From assembly GCA_002794465.1 (NCBI GenBank), contig MTSL01000169.1, positions 46,546 to 78,545 on the forward strand: a stretch of 32,000 nt of DNA, read 5' to 3'. Both the position numbers and the translations under genes were made by a program. The notes beneath the pieces were generated by a model. That model ran no database searches, was not told the DNA's origin, and worked only from the letters and a program-made list of their open reading frames with translations. Source of the stretch: Paramicrosporidium saccamoebae KSL3 (taxonomy: Eukaryota; Fungi; Cryptomycota). Positions 1 to 9,711 of this stretch are shown in pieces; positions within the stretch are counted from its first letter, which is position 1; every line of letters starts with the position of its first letter.

Positions 1-1
1 A

Positions 2-613
2 TTGCCCAGACCTTCCGTGGCTTCGCTTATCCTTATCAGCCAGCTCCTCCACCGATTCATGATCGAATTGCGTCCTGGGATGGCTAACGATCAGTGGACT
101 GACGTAGATGCCCAAGAAGATAAGGATATTCCCTCAAACAACCTGACACACCCGTCTTATGAATTAGAGATCCAAAAAGACTGGCTACTTCCTCGAATCG
201 ATCTCCCATTCACAGAGCCAGATATATACGAACAAGTGCTAGCTCGTACATGGTCTAGTTACATGATGATGCTGTCAGAGGAATTTAGAAAAAATATACC
301 TGTCAACAATGTCAATTGTTACGAGGAAAAGAATACCATTAATTTGTCAGAAATTTTTCCCCGGGAATCTTCAACTGCGATTGAAACTGATCAGGCTCTG
401 AAGACTGCCAAAAAGGAAGATGCGAAACAGAATGTGTGTGAACACTGTGGTACAGACAAGACATCCCTGTGGCGTCGTCGGGGCGATCGGATCGTCTGTA
501 ATGCATGTGCTTTGTATGAAAAGCTGCACGGCGTCCCACGACCTGCACATTTACTAAACCAGGCCATCAGACGACGAAACCGAACTGACTCGTTGCGTCG
601 AAAACGTCAGTAG
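2..613 (+). CDS. GATA-type zinc finger transcription factor (5' end uncertain or outside the window)
   Basis: C-terminal CEHCGTDKTSLWRRRGDRIVCNACALYEKLHGVPRP matches the GATA finger (T-x-LWRR, CNAC-x-LYxKLHG-x-RP), followed by a basic tail. The ORF is open from the window edge; the first ATG is at 59. Confidence 0.85.
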   Translation: MPRPSVASLILISQLLHRFMIELRPGMANDQWTDVDAQEDKDIPSNNLTHPSYELEIQKDWLLPRIDLPFTEPDIYEQVLARTWSSYMMMLSEEFRKNIPVNNVNCYEEKNTINLSEIFPRESSTAIETDQALKTAKKEDAKQNVCEHCGTDKTSLWRRRGDRIVCNACALYEKLHGVPRPAHLLNQAIRRRNRTDSLRRKRQ

Positions 614-699
614 GCCCTTTTACATGTACAGAATAGTAGACAAACCACAATGAATCAAGTAATATATATATACACGCGTCTACTATTAATGGATTATTT

Positions 700-2174
700 C
701 TAAAGAACACCTCCGGCCAGCTGCGAGTAAGCCTCAGCCCGACGCAAAACCTCTGAGATAGTAGGCCTTTTTGAGGGGTCTGGATCGGTCATGTCCTTTA
801 TCAGCTGATTTAAAGCACTGGAAATGTCATCAAAGCTGAGCTCACTGAAGTCTCCGTGTCGTAGATTCTGCCAAGAAGCTCCTTGGGACGGCAGTTCTAC
901 ATCTGTGGCCAGTTCCAAGATCAGCAGCCCCAGGCTGAATACATCCGCAGGCCTGTCATACTGGCCTTCCAATGTCTCCGGCGCCATGTAATATTTGTCA
1001 CCTTCCATATCAGGGTCATGTGAAGATCCAATCCTCATGGACAGCCCGAAGTCGCCAATCTTCAAGACGCCTTGTTGGTTAATGAAAATATTTGCCGGCT
1101 TTAAGTCAAGATGAACAATCTCTACCTGATGTATATGGTCTAAGCCAAACGCAATTTGAAGAAGGATTTGCCAAACCTGAAACTCTGTGAACCGGGCATC
1201 GGTCTGAGCCATGTAATCGATGACGTCTCTGAGACTACAAACGTATTAGACAATGACGAGCGGTACCTTCCGTTGTCACATAGTTCCATGAGAATATACA
1301 GATAACCATGCTGTTCCCACGACTCAAAAATTTGAATGCAGTTTGGGTGGCCGGACGAAAGCCACATGTTTTCCACCTCATGAAGCCGACGATACCTGTC
1401 TACGATGCCAGAGAATGGTGACCGACTCCTCTTCAAGGCCAAAATACACCCATCTGATTTTCGCTTCACACGGAATACATCAGAAAACGAGCCTCGGCCC
1501 ATCGCTTCCAAGACTTCAAAAAAATCTTCAAAGTATTCCAATTCGGTCGGAGAATTGTCAAAAGGGCCAGAGCTTGTGGGAATGGACACTGGGGCGGTTC
1601 TATCCCTCCATTCGTCACTAACGAAATATCCCGGAGTAAAGAAAAGCGCCTGCGGGGATTTCCAAGGCAAAGAGGTTAGCTTTGAGGTCGATAAAAAAGA
1701 CGGCTTTGTCTCCTCCACAGATGCTGGGTGTGAATCTACACTAAAGGGATCCTCAAAGTCCGAAAAGCCTATATCCTCGATATTTCCGAAGACATCCTCC
1801 ATTTTACATTCTCTCATATTCTGTACAGGCGAAGATGAACGGGTTTGGTGTCCATGCTGACTGCTGCGTTCATCAAAATCCATATCATTGCCGGCATTGA
1901 AAGATGCAGAGAGTTTGGTGGAATTTCGTACGGCTGAAGACGGTATCTTCCCGCTATATGAGGCAATCTGGTGAGGTGAGAGTGGAAATGGACTTATGTT
2001 TGTAGGGATTATAAACTTGCTTCGCTCCTTTTTAGACGGTGTCTCAGGAGTAGCCAGTATTGGCAAAGAGGCACGGTCTCCAGCGGAGCGGTGCTTCTTT
2101 GGCAACGAACCAGTCGATGCGAAAGCAATGGGGTTTGGTTTTGGTGCTTTCCACGGCGTAGTCTCTTCATCCAT
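700..2174 (-). CDS. WEE1: Wee1/Swe1/Myt1-family protein kinase, 2 exons
   Basis: Motifs GRGSFSDVFRV, RRLHEV, HLDLKPANIF, KIGDFG and EGDKYYMAPE. A 32-nt intron at 1235-1266 (GTACCG...CTAAT...GTAG) joins MELCDNG/SLRDVID. First ATG is 2174; the ORF track begins at a TTG at 2201. Confidence 0.92.
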
Positions 2175-2314
2175 TTCGATGAAATAATTAGCTGATATCA
2201 AAATGCCGTTAACTCTCGAAAATAAAGGCGCGCAAGGCTGAGCAAGGAACCCTGACTAAACTGAGGCCAGCTGGACCAATCAGCAACTTCAATTTATAAC
2301 GACGACAGTTATGT

Positions 2315-3138
2315 TTACTTTGAACTTTGCATGAATAGATACCCTAAACAAGCATTCTTCCTAATTTGGGACTGTTGAAGAACATGATGGTCCTCTATAA
2401 GGCCCCATTTACGAGCCTGGATTTCCGACTCTAATTGTGCAGCATTCAGAGCGCTATCGAAGGAGATGAGCTTCTGGAAAAGTGCAAATGGCAACAGGAA
2501 TGACTTGAAAGTGCGAACAAGATGCTCAAAACCCGCAAGAGAAAAGCCCGAAAAATGGTCTTTTAGCAGCATTTGAGCCTTCTGTATGGAATCATCGTGC
2601 TGGCGCATGGATGATAGGGAATCGGTGGTTTGAATATTGCCCAATTTTCCGCATGCCGAAATCAGATCAGTGATGGGCATCCAGGAGTCTCGCAACTTGG
2701 ATCCAATCTCTGGGTTAGGATCGTAGTAGCTAGAATTATAGTCTTATTATGAGGTATACCAGATAGAATCTGTGTGCAAGAATAGTGATAGTTCCTCCAC
2801 AACCGCAGCGAACAAGTTTGGAGAGTCATCAAGATCAAGGGCACGGTATGCTAATGAACTCTGAAGTTAGTTGCATTAGCCTGCAATTTTACTATGGGTT
2901 GAGGGCGCTCCTTGAGGGGACTGAGTTCATTCCGCCACTCGGCTAGTAAGAGCTCCCCAATGGCCGCATTAGGCGTTTCCAGAATAGACTGGTTTGGCGA
3001 TTTAATAGGCCTTCCATCGTAGTGAATCTGAAACCTTCCTTTTACTGGACTTTCCAGCGTAAATTTTCCCGTATACCTCTGTGCTTTGGACGAGATACTC
3101 CGCGCGAATAGCCGCCACTGACAAGAGATAGCCGGCAT
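2315..3138 (-). CDS. ATP12: ATP12/ATPAF2 mitochondrial F1-ATPase assembly chaperone, 3 exons
   Basis: DGRPIKSP...LAEW, QPI/SSLAYRALD, HTDSI/CYYDP and FKSFLL...AAQLESEIQARKWGLIEDHH match the family. Introns at 2861-2892 (32 nt) and 2730-2759 (30 nt). The N-terminus is Arg/Ser-rich and presequence-like. Confidence 0.85.
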
Positions 3139-3209
3139 CTAGCCAGGGCATTTCGGCCTCTTGCCATGAAGTAGCTCATCCCTAGGGTCAGTGCTAACGT
3201 GTTAGTAAT

Positions 3210-3884
3210 ATGAAATCAATTCAGCGCCTAAATGAGCGAGAGGTGCAGACAGGGCTGGTGGAAAAAGGAAGCTGGCACGATCAATACAAAGACTCTCCGT
3301 ACATATATATTGGCAATCTAGCCCGTGACCTCACAGAGGGCGATATTCGTTCAGTATTTTCTCAGTATGCGATTCCTGGACGTTTTTTATATTTACCTTG
3401 TAGGTATGGCGAGGTTGTAGACATAAACTTGGCCAGGGAAAAAGATAGCAATACCTCACGGGGATTTGCATTTTTGTCATATAAAGACCAGAGAGGCACT
3501 GTGCTGGCCGTTGATAACTTTAATGGCATCAGACTGGCTGGAAGAGATATTAGGGTGGACCACGTGCTAAAGTACAAGTCTCCAGAAGAGATGGAATCTG
3601 CGAAAACAAGAAAGCAGCAAGAACGCACAAAGTACGCAGATATGGTCACCGAGGAATTGTTTAAAAGCGCTACTGGCGACTTGATGATCAAGCCCACTGA
3701 AGAGGTCTTTTCTGGGAGAAACCTTGATGAGGACGAGTTACAAGAGGATACTGAAGCAGCAAGACGACACAAGAGACCTCGGACGCCGGCTGAAATAGAA
3801 TTGCGGGAAAAATTCAAATCGGGCAAGCTTTCAGAAGAGGATTTTCAAAAAGAGAAACGGAAGCTCAAAAAGTCTCTTCGATGA
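3210..3884 (+). CDS. IST3: RES complex RRM subunit Ist3/Snu17/RBMX2
   Basis: SWHDQYKDSPYIYIGNL, LTEGDI and SRGFAFLSYKDQRGTVLAVDNFNGI...RVDHV. An in-frame 39-nt intron at 3365-3403 restores FSQ/YGEV when removed. Confidence 0.95.
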   Translation: MKSIQRLNEREVQTGLVEKGSWHDQYKDSPYIYIGNLARDLTEGDIRSVFSQYAIPGRFLYLPCRYGEVVDINLAREKDSNTSRGFAFLSYKDQRGTVLAVDNFNGIRLAGRDIRVDHVLKYKSPEEMESAKTRKQQERTKYADMVTEELFKSATGDLMIKPTEEVFSGRNLDEDELQEDTEAARRHKRPRTPAEIELREKFKSGKLSEEDFQKEKRKLKKSLR

Positions 3885-3935
3885 CTGTCGTGTCCTTCTA
3901 TATTTATAATGTAAATACTTACATGGCTATGCATC

Positions 3936-4577
3936 CTATTGCTTTGCTTCAAAAAACGAGTATCCGAGTACAATATCCCTTACATTATCCATCATTGGGT
4001 CATATGCGTACTCAGGATCCAGATAAAAGAACACGGGCATGTCTACCTGCTCACCAGGCCCCAGTCTTTGTTCTTCAAAGCAGAAACATTGAATCTTGTT
4101 AAAGTATTGTGCTGCCTTGGCAGGGACAACGGAATAGGTGGCCATTCCAACAATGTCTCGATCGCCATTGTTCTCAGCAGAGTAAAACGCCAAAGCAGTT
4201 TGACCCGGAACGACAGCGATTGATTTCTGCTCGGGAACAAATTTCCATGGCAGGCTCTTGGAGGTTTCGGAAACGAATGTAATGCGCACAGGCTTGGCCC
4301 CAGGAACAGGTTTTAGAATTTCGCCATCAAGTTGCTCACTCTTCTTTGGCGTTCCCGCAAAGCCTGTTTCCTGACAAAACATTTTATAGAAGGGGACAGC
4401 AGCGTAAATCAGGCCGATTAGGGTCACGCAGGTTGAGCTCATGTATAAAAAACCGCTAACATTTCTCTTTGTAGCTGTAGCTGAATCAAACTTTCTTGTC
4501 GAAAATTGTGCTGTGCTCCTGGGTATATTTCGCAGATTCTGGATGGCAGCATACCGCCAAGCCCACTTGAACGGCAT
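3936..4577 (-). CDS. COX11: Cytochrome c oxidase copper chaperone Cox11
   Basis: YAAVPFYKMFCQETG transmembrane motif and YFNKIQCFCFEEQ copper-binding motif. First ATG at 4577. Confidence 0.97.
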   Translation of the reverse strand: MPFKWAWRYAAIQNLRNIPRSTAQFSTRKFDSATATKRNVSGFLYMSSTCVTLIGLIYAAVPFYKMFCQETGFAGTPKKSEQLDGEILKPVPGAKPVRITFVSETSKSLPWKFVPEQKSIAVVPGQTALAFYSAENNGDRDIVGMATYSVVPAKAAQYFNKIQCFCFEEQRLGPGEQVDMPVFFYLDPEYAYDPMMDNVRDIVLGYSFFEAKQ

Positions 4578-4680
4578 TTTCGATGGTAATTGCAACCGAG
4601 AGTCTTAAATGAATTCAAATTTATTTAGCAAAGCCATTAGTGTACAGGCGGGATCTTTAAATCTATCAAATGTAGAGTTC

Positions 4681-6750
4681 TTACTGAAATGCTGAACTAA
4701 ACTTGGCGGCATCGGATTCTCTTTTCTTATCTCTCAGTCTTTTTAGATACACCCCGATCGCCCCCAATATAAAGATGACGGCAATGATGGCAGCAGCAAT
4801 TATTAGGCCTATTTCCGCAGTTCCTGGTCCCGATGATGGACTACCAAAGACTGGCAGAGTGCCCATAGGAAGATATGTGATGGCATAGTCGGTGTTTTGT
4901 GTCTGTGCAGGCGCTTGAGCAAGAACGTTTGGAGACCCCATCAGAGTCTTTTCCTTCATGAATCCTATGGCAGAAGCTGCAACAATAGCATTCTTGAGCT
5001 CGGCGGGAGATTTTTCTGGATTTTGTTCCAGAAGCAGCGCATATAAACCAGTGACAAGTGGAGCGGACAAGCTTGTCCCGGAAACAAAGGTAAAGCCGTT
5101 TTTTGTTGATTGTGAGGGCAATGCGGCGGCAATCACATGTCTGCCGGGAGCAAAGAGATCCACACAAGATCCATAGTTAGAGAAATCAGCCCTTGCCAGA
5201 TCAGCATCGGACGCCCCGACAACCATGGCAGCGTCTACTCCACTTGGGGACAAGGTGCACGCATCGATCATGCTGTTTCCTGCGGCGACAATAACACCAA
5301 CACCTCGGTTTACTGCCGCAAGTACGGCAGCATCCACTGTGGGAGATTTGGGGCCGCCAACAGACATGTTGATCACTGCCGGTTTGACATGATTATCAAT
5401 AATCCAATTGAGTGCGGCAAGAACGGAAGAATTTTCCCCTTGACCCTCACAGTCTAGTACTTGGCAGGATATGATATTGGCCAATTTGGCAACCCCAACG
5501 TTGGTTCCTGCGATCACTGATGCCACTTGAGTTCCGTGACCAGCGCAGTCGTTGGGAAAATTTCCTGTGCCAAAAATGGAAAATCCCAGTTTTGCTCGTC
5601 CCCCGAACTCTGGGTGATCAACCATGACCCCCGAGTCGACTGTATAGACATTTACACCTTTGCCCGTAGCATTGAAATGATATGGACTACCCACCAACGG
5701 ACTTTCCGGATCATTCATCCTTGGTAGCTGCCAAGGAGCATCTTCCTGGACATATTCTACGGAGGAAAACTGATCCCGTTCCATCCATGCAAGGGGAGTT
5801 ATCGATTTTAGCAGAGACAATGGGAGTTGTTTTGTAGGAAAGCAGACACTGAAACCATGAAGGCCCTTGGCCATATAGTCGTACATAATCTGGCCTCCGA
5901 GGGTAACCAGCACTTGTTTGATTTTTGATCGAGTACCTTCGTCAAGATCGTCTTTGGCTTTAATAATATAGCAGTTCCTTCTAGTGCGCAGCTTTGTGGT
6001 GCCTGTATACAAAAACGGCTTTCCTTTTCGGAAGGAGACCGCTTCCACATACAAGTTTTCATCCAGGTTTTGCTCCGACATTGTCCCATTCAGGATGGAC
6101 GACATTGACATTGCATCTCCAGCTGCATTAACAAGTTTCTTTTCAAAAATGCCTGCAAAGTCGCCCTGCCCAAGGAGCTTTTGAATGTCTGGCAAAACTG
6201 AGAAGGAGGTATCGTGCACTCTGAGGGCTTCCTGTGTCACAAAACTGGATTTGATCTCTGCTGTTGCCTTTAATATACTCGAGGTTTCTTGCATAGGGCG
6301 TGATTGGGTAACGGATGTCATGGCGCTGGTCTTGGACAGCTCAGTCGAGCTTGATGATGATGTGGTTTCAGAAGAGCTCTGCACAGTAGTCGATGAGGAC
6401 ATTTCGGAGAACATGGTAGTTTTGTCAGACTCTTGCTGAGATGCGCTCTGCGTTGAATTTAACGATCCATAAGGGCTCTGATCATCTGGGCGTTCCGCAG
6501 GAGAATTTAACGGAGGCCCATTTATCCTTTCTTCGTCCCCAGTCACTTTTTTGATCGCTCTATGCATCGATGAGATTCCATCATTCCAGATTTCTAGGCC
6601 CATTTTCCCCCGCACCTTGTCTTTGGTTGCTTTGTTGCTACCTGTGGGCAAGACATTAACAACTGGGATCACGCAGGCCAGCAGTAGGACTGCTAGCATA
6701 TACCAGTGCATGCTAGTGTGTCCTGATTGACGTCGTGAATCCTTTAACAT
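4681..6750 (-). CDS. Subtilisin-like (S8A, proteinase K-like) serine protease with signal peptide, Ser/Thr-rich linker, I9-like propeptide and C-terminal TM helix
   Basis: Catalytic triad motifs VDSG, GHGT and GTSLSAP, plus oxyanion AAGN. Hydrophobic N-terminus MHWYMLAVLLLACVIPVV (likely start 6711). TM segment GLIIAAAIIAVIFILGAIGVYL is followed by KRLRDKKR. Confidence 0.92.
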   Translation of the reverse strand: MLKDSRRQSGHTSMHWYMLAVLLLACVIPVVNVLPTGSNKATKDKVRGKMGLEIWNDGISSMHRAIKKVTGDEERINGPPLNSPAERPDDQSPYGSLNSTQSASQQESDKTTMFSEMSSSTTVQSSSETTSSSSSTELSKTSAMTSVTQSRPMQETSSILKATAEIKSSFVTQEALRVHDTSFSVLPDIQKLLGQGDFAGIFEKKLVNAAGDAMSMSSILNGTMSEQNLDENLYVEAVSFRKGKPFLYTGTTKLRTRRNCYIIKAKDDLDEGTRSKIKQVLVTLGGQIMYDYMAKGLHGFSVCFPTKQLPLSLLKSITPLAWMERDQFSSVEYVQEDAPWQLPRMNDPESPLVGSPYHFNATGKGVNVYTVDSGVMVDHPEFGGRAKLGFSIFGTGNFPNDCAGHGTQVASVIAGTNVGVAKLANIISCQVLDCEGQGENSSVLAALNWIIDNHVKPAVINMSVGGPKSPTVDAAVLAAVNRGVGVIVAAGNSMIDACTLSPSGVDAAMVVGASDADLARADFSNYGSCVDLFAPGRHVIAAALPSQSTKNGFTFVSGTSLSAPLVTGLYALLLEQNPEKSPAELKNAIVAASAIGFMKEKTLMGSPNVLAQAPAQTQNTDYAITYLPMGTLPVFGSPSSGPGTAEIGLIIAAAIIAVIFILGAIGVYLKRLRDKKRESDAAKFSSAFQ

Positions 6751-6934
6751 TCTTGCTGTTCACTAGATATTTAGTCGTGGTCCTCTTTTCCAATGTACAC
6801 CTAGAATAGCAAAGGAGGTCGCTCTTATCTGTGATCTTAGCAAGCTAATTACCCGACTACTATTCATAGTAACATTTAATTTTACCAACCAATGAACAAG
6901 AGTATTCATCTAAAAATAGATGAAGTCCTATTCT

Positions 6935-9688
6935 CTATAGGTCTAGATCGCTTGACCAATTAATGTCATTGAATTGATCCTCATCAAGCATTTGTTCCTC
7001 CCTGACACTAGAATCCGAGCTTGCAACGGCAAATTTTAGTTTAATCTTGGGAGCAAATTGGCGCGGAGCGGTTCTAAAATATGGATCAACTTGGGATTGG
7101 TGCGCTGTCCTCCGGTAAAAGGCCATCATTCCATCCGACGACGGTGGGTCTGTCTTGGAAGCATCACTTAGAGACCCTGAATGTTCAGTTTCGAGGATAT
7201 CAGATCCGTCATCAATAAACTCGGCCATTGAGGTGGTGATTGATTCGTGATCATCCTCTCTGTCGCTCTTCTCACTACAGGTAGCTTCGAAATCAACAAA
7301 CTTTGATCGCTTACGAGGGGCTACTTTTTCGTTGTAACTCTGCTGAGCAGAACTAGACTCTACAGGTGATGTGGAAATGATCACATGCTGCCTCCTTTGA
7401 AGGGGAACATGGACGTTCTGAGACGATGTCGCTTGATTAGGAGACGTCAAGGACATTGATTTGAGCGGAGATAATACTGCCTTGTAAATATCCGAGTTTG
7501 TCTCCGCCAAAGAGTCATTGAAAAAGTCTTCGGGGATATCCTGAACATTAAAGTCAACGCTAGATCGTGGTTGCGCGTAAAAAACATCAAATGCTCTCTC
7601 ATAGTCGAGCCAGCTCTGCGGTTCATGGTTCTGACGAGTGAATACGTGCATTTCATTTATGGCATGGAGCATTTTTGCTTCAAGGTCATCATCAACGCAA
7701 CGTTTACTCAAAGTTGAACCCACGAGACGACTTGGAGCATTCATAGTTGGACCAGCTGGAAGGTAATCGGCATGCTCAAAGTCCCCCAACAACTGGACAA
7801 AGCGTCGAGTAGTGTTTGAGTGTGGCACCATAAAGGAAGCACTAAGAGACGTCTGCCAACTAATAAATCTGTCGATTCTGGGTATAGTAATTTGATTAAA
7901 CAAGGATTCTGGAATCAAGTTCGATACCCAGCCCGCATTTCGATTAGATTTCTTGCTTCTGGTCCGTTGATTAACACCCAGAACTTTGCGGGACTCGAGA
8001 AAGTTGCTATTGGCCCGAAGGTCAAAGTGTCTTTCAAGAAGAACAGGTGCCGACGGACACAAAGACTTCTTTGGGCTAAACAGAACAAAATGGGCGGCAG
8101 GATCGCTTATTGCTCTCTGAACAGCCTTATGTTGGGTCAGCGTGGACTGATACCTCTGTTCTTCACGGCCTTTACTAAGAAGCAGCACAATTTTCCCACC
8201 CCTACTCCGGCCAGTCCGACCGATTCGTTGCAGCATTCGTATTGGAGATGATTGCATGTCAAAGCATATTATCAGATCCACGTTTCCAATGTCAAGCCCT
8301 TCCTCGCCAATACATGTGGCAACCAGGACATTATGACCCCCCGCGCGGAATTTCTCAAGAGTCTCGGCCTGGTGTTTTTGAGTGACTTTTTGCCGATTAG
8401 AAGAGATGGACTTTCCGACAAAGGACATTACCTTTAATAACGGTGCATGTTTGGAGATTCTGGCAACAATTTCGTACACGCTCTCACGAAATTGAGAAAA
8501 TACAATTGCTCGGGTTTCCGACTCTGTGTCGCGCGCGCTACAAAAGTGCTGAAGGAGAGTCTGTTCAACCATATCAACTTTGGGATGGCTAACAAACATT
8601 GGACAGCTCATCCTTGTCTCAAGGTGAGACATTAGCTGTACAAAGGAAGGATTGGAATCAAGTTCGTGTCGGATCCGAGATTGCAGCGTTACGTTTTCGT
8701 CAGAGAATTTTGTGAGGTGTGTCTTAAAAGCCGATATGCCATGAAAGATTAGCAGATCATATGCATGATATAGTGATATCAAAACTGCAAAGAGACCTTC
8801 TACTACTCCGACACCACCTCTATTTGACGAGGCGCCCCTTTTTCTAATGTTATCCCTTGCTTGAATCAGCTGAAATGATCCAAGCTTTGCTGGATCCTTC
8901 TCATAAATGGCTCCAGATTGATATAGCTTTTCAATGTATGGCCCCAGCACACTTTGTTCGTATTGAAGTCTCACAAATTTCATGTCCTCATTCTCAGAGA
9001 CGACAAGCGAGTTGATTGAACGTTCATGGACAAACGGTTTCACATCTGGCGATTCCTCTGTTCTGATACAAATAGAGCTTATGAGGAGAGAGTCAACAAG
9101 GAGCTGCACAGTTTTTACATTCGACGCGGGAGTAGCTGTCAAGGCTAGCACTCGGAATCGCCAAGAACACGATTGATCACAAAGGATTCGTATAATTTCA
9201 CAGTAGGCATAATTTCCAAGGGCCTTGTGGGCTTCATCAAAGACCAATAACACGAGCTGTTTTCTCGGACAAATACCCGATACCAAGTCATTTTGGAGTA
9301 CGTGTGGAGTGAGAAAGAATACTCGTTTCTCCAGCCACATCTGTCGTCGTTGAGTCGGACTATGGCCACCATTCATCTCCACCGTCAAATCCGCATCAAT
9401 TTCCACTGTCAAAAGAGTTGCATCCAATTGTTGAGTGACAAGCGGCCTTGTGGGGGCCATAAACACAATCTTTCCCGTCGGGAACCATCGATAGTAATTG
9501 TACATTACTACTGAGGCAATAAATGTCTTCCCAAGTCCAGTTGGCAGCGCAACCAGAGTGTTCTGTCCGAGGGCACGCTGAATAATTTCAAACTGGTACT
9601 GGCGCTTAGGTCTGTTTAGAGGAAAATGCCATGAACGGGATGCATGGGAGTCGATTATCGGGTATTCGCAAACATCCTCTTCAGACAT
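6935..9688 (-). CDS. MPH1: FANCM/Mph1/Fml1 DEAH helicase
   Basis: RQYQ...NTLVALPTGLGKT, FDEAH, LALTATP, HPK, LVATCIGEEGLDIG and RMLQRIGRTGR. The only in-frame ATG before the helicase core is at 9688; the track starts at a TTG at 9718. Confidence 0.95.
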   Translation of the reverse strand: MSEEDVCEYPIIDSHASRSWHFPLNRPKRQYQFEIIQRALGQNTLVALPTGLGKTFIASVVMYNYYRWFPTGKIVFMAPTRPLVTQQLDATLLTVEIDADLTVEMNGGHSPTQRRQMWLEKRVFFLTPHVLQNDLVSGICPRKQLVLLVFDEAHKALGNYAYCEIIRILCDQSCSWRFRVLALTATPASNVKTVQLLVDSLLISSICIRTEESPDVKPFVHERSINSLVVSENEDMKFVRLQYEQSVLGPYIEKLYQSGAIYEKDPAKLGSFQLIQARDNIRKRGASSNRGGVGVVEGLFAVLISLYHAYDLLIFHGISAFKTHLTKFSDENVTLQSRIRHELDSNPSFVQLMSHLETRMSCPMFVSHPKVDMVEQTLLQHFCSARDTESETRAIVFSQFRESVYEIVARISKHAPLLKVMSFVGKSISSNRQKVTQKHQAETLEKFRAGGHNVLVATCIGEEGLDIGNVDLIICFDMQSSPIRMLQRIGRTGRSRGGKIVLLLSKGREEQRYQSTLTQHKAVQRAISDPAAHFVLFSPKKSLCPSAPVLLERHFDLRANSNFLESRKVLGVNQRTRSKKSNRNAGWVSNLIPESLFNQITIPRIDRFISWQTSLSASFMVPHSNTTRRFVQLLGDFEHADYLPAGPTMNAPSRLVGSTLSKRCVDDDLEAKMLHAINEMHVFTRQNHEPQSWLDYERAFDVFYAQPRSSVDFNVQDIPEDFFNDSLAETNSDIYKAVLSPLKSMSLTSPNQATSSQNVHVPLQRRQHVIISTSPVESSSAQQSYNEKVAPRKRSKFVDFEATCSEKSDREDDHESITTSMAEFIDDGSDILETEHSGSLSDASKTDPPSSDGMMAFYRRTAHQSQVDPYFRTAPRQFAPKIKLKFAVASSDSSVREEQMLDEDQFNDINWSSDLDL

Positions 9689-9711
9689 CCTTGCCAGGGA
9701 AGGCAAGGACC

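Noticed and set aside
3914-3927. ATACTTACATGG resembling the U1 snRNA 5' end
   Set aside because: It has a mismatch in the splice-site pairing region, and the downstream sequence is the antisense of the COX11 3' end with no evident U1 stems or Sm site.
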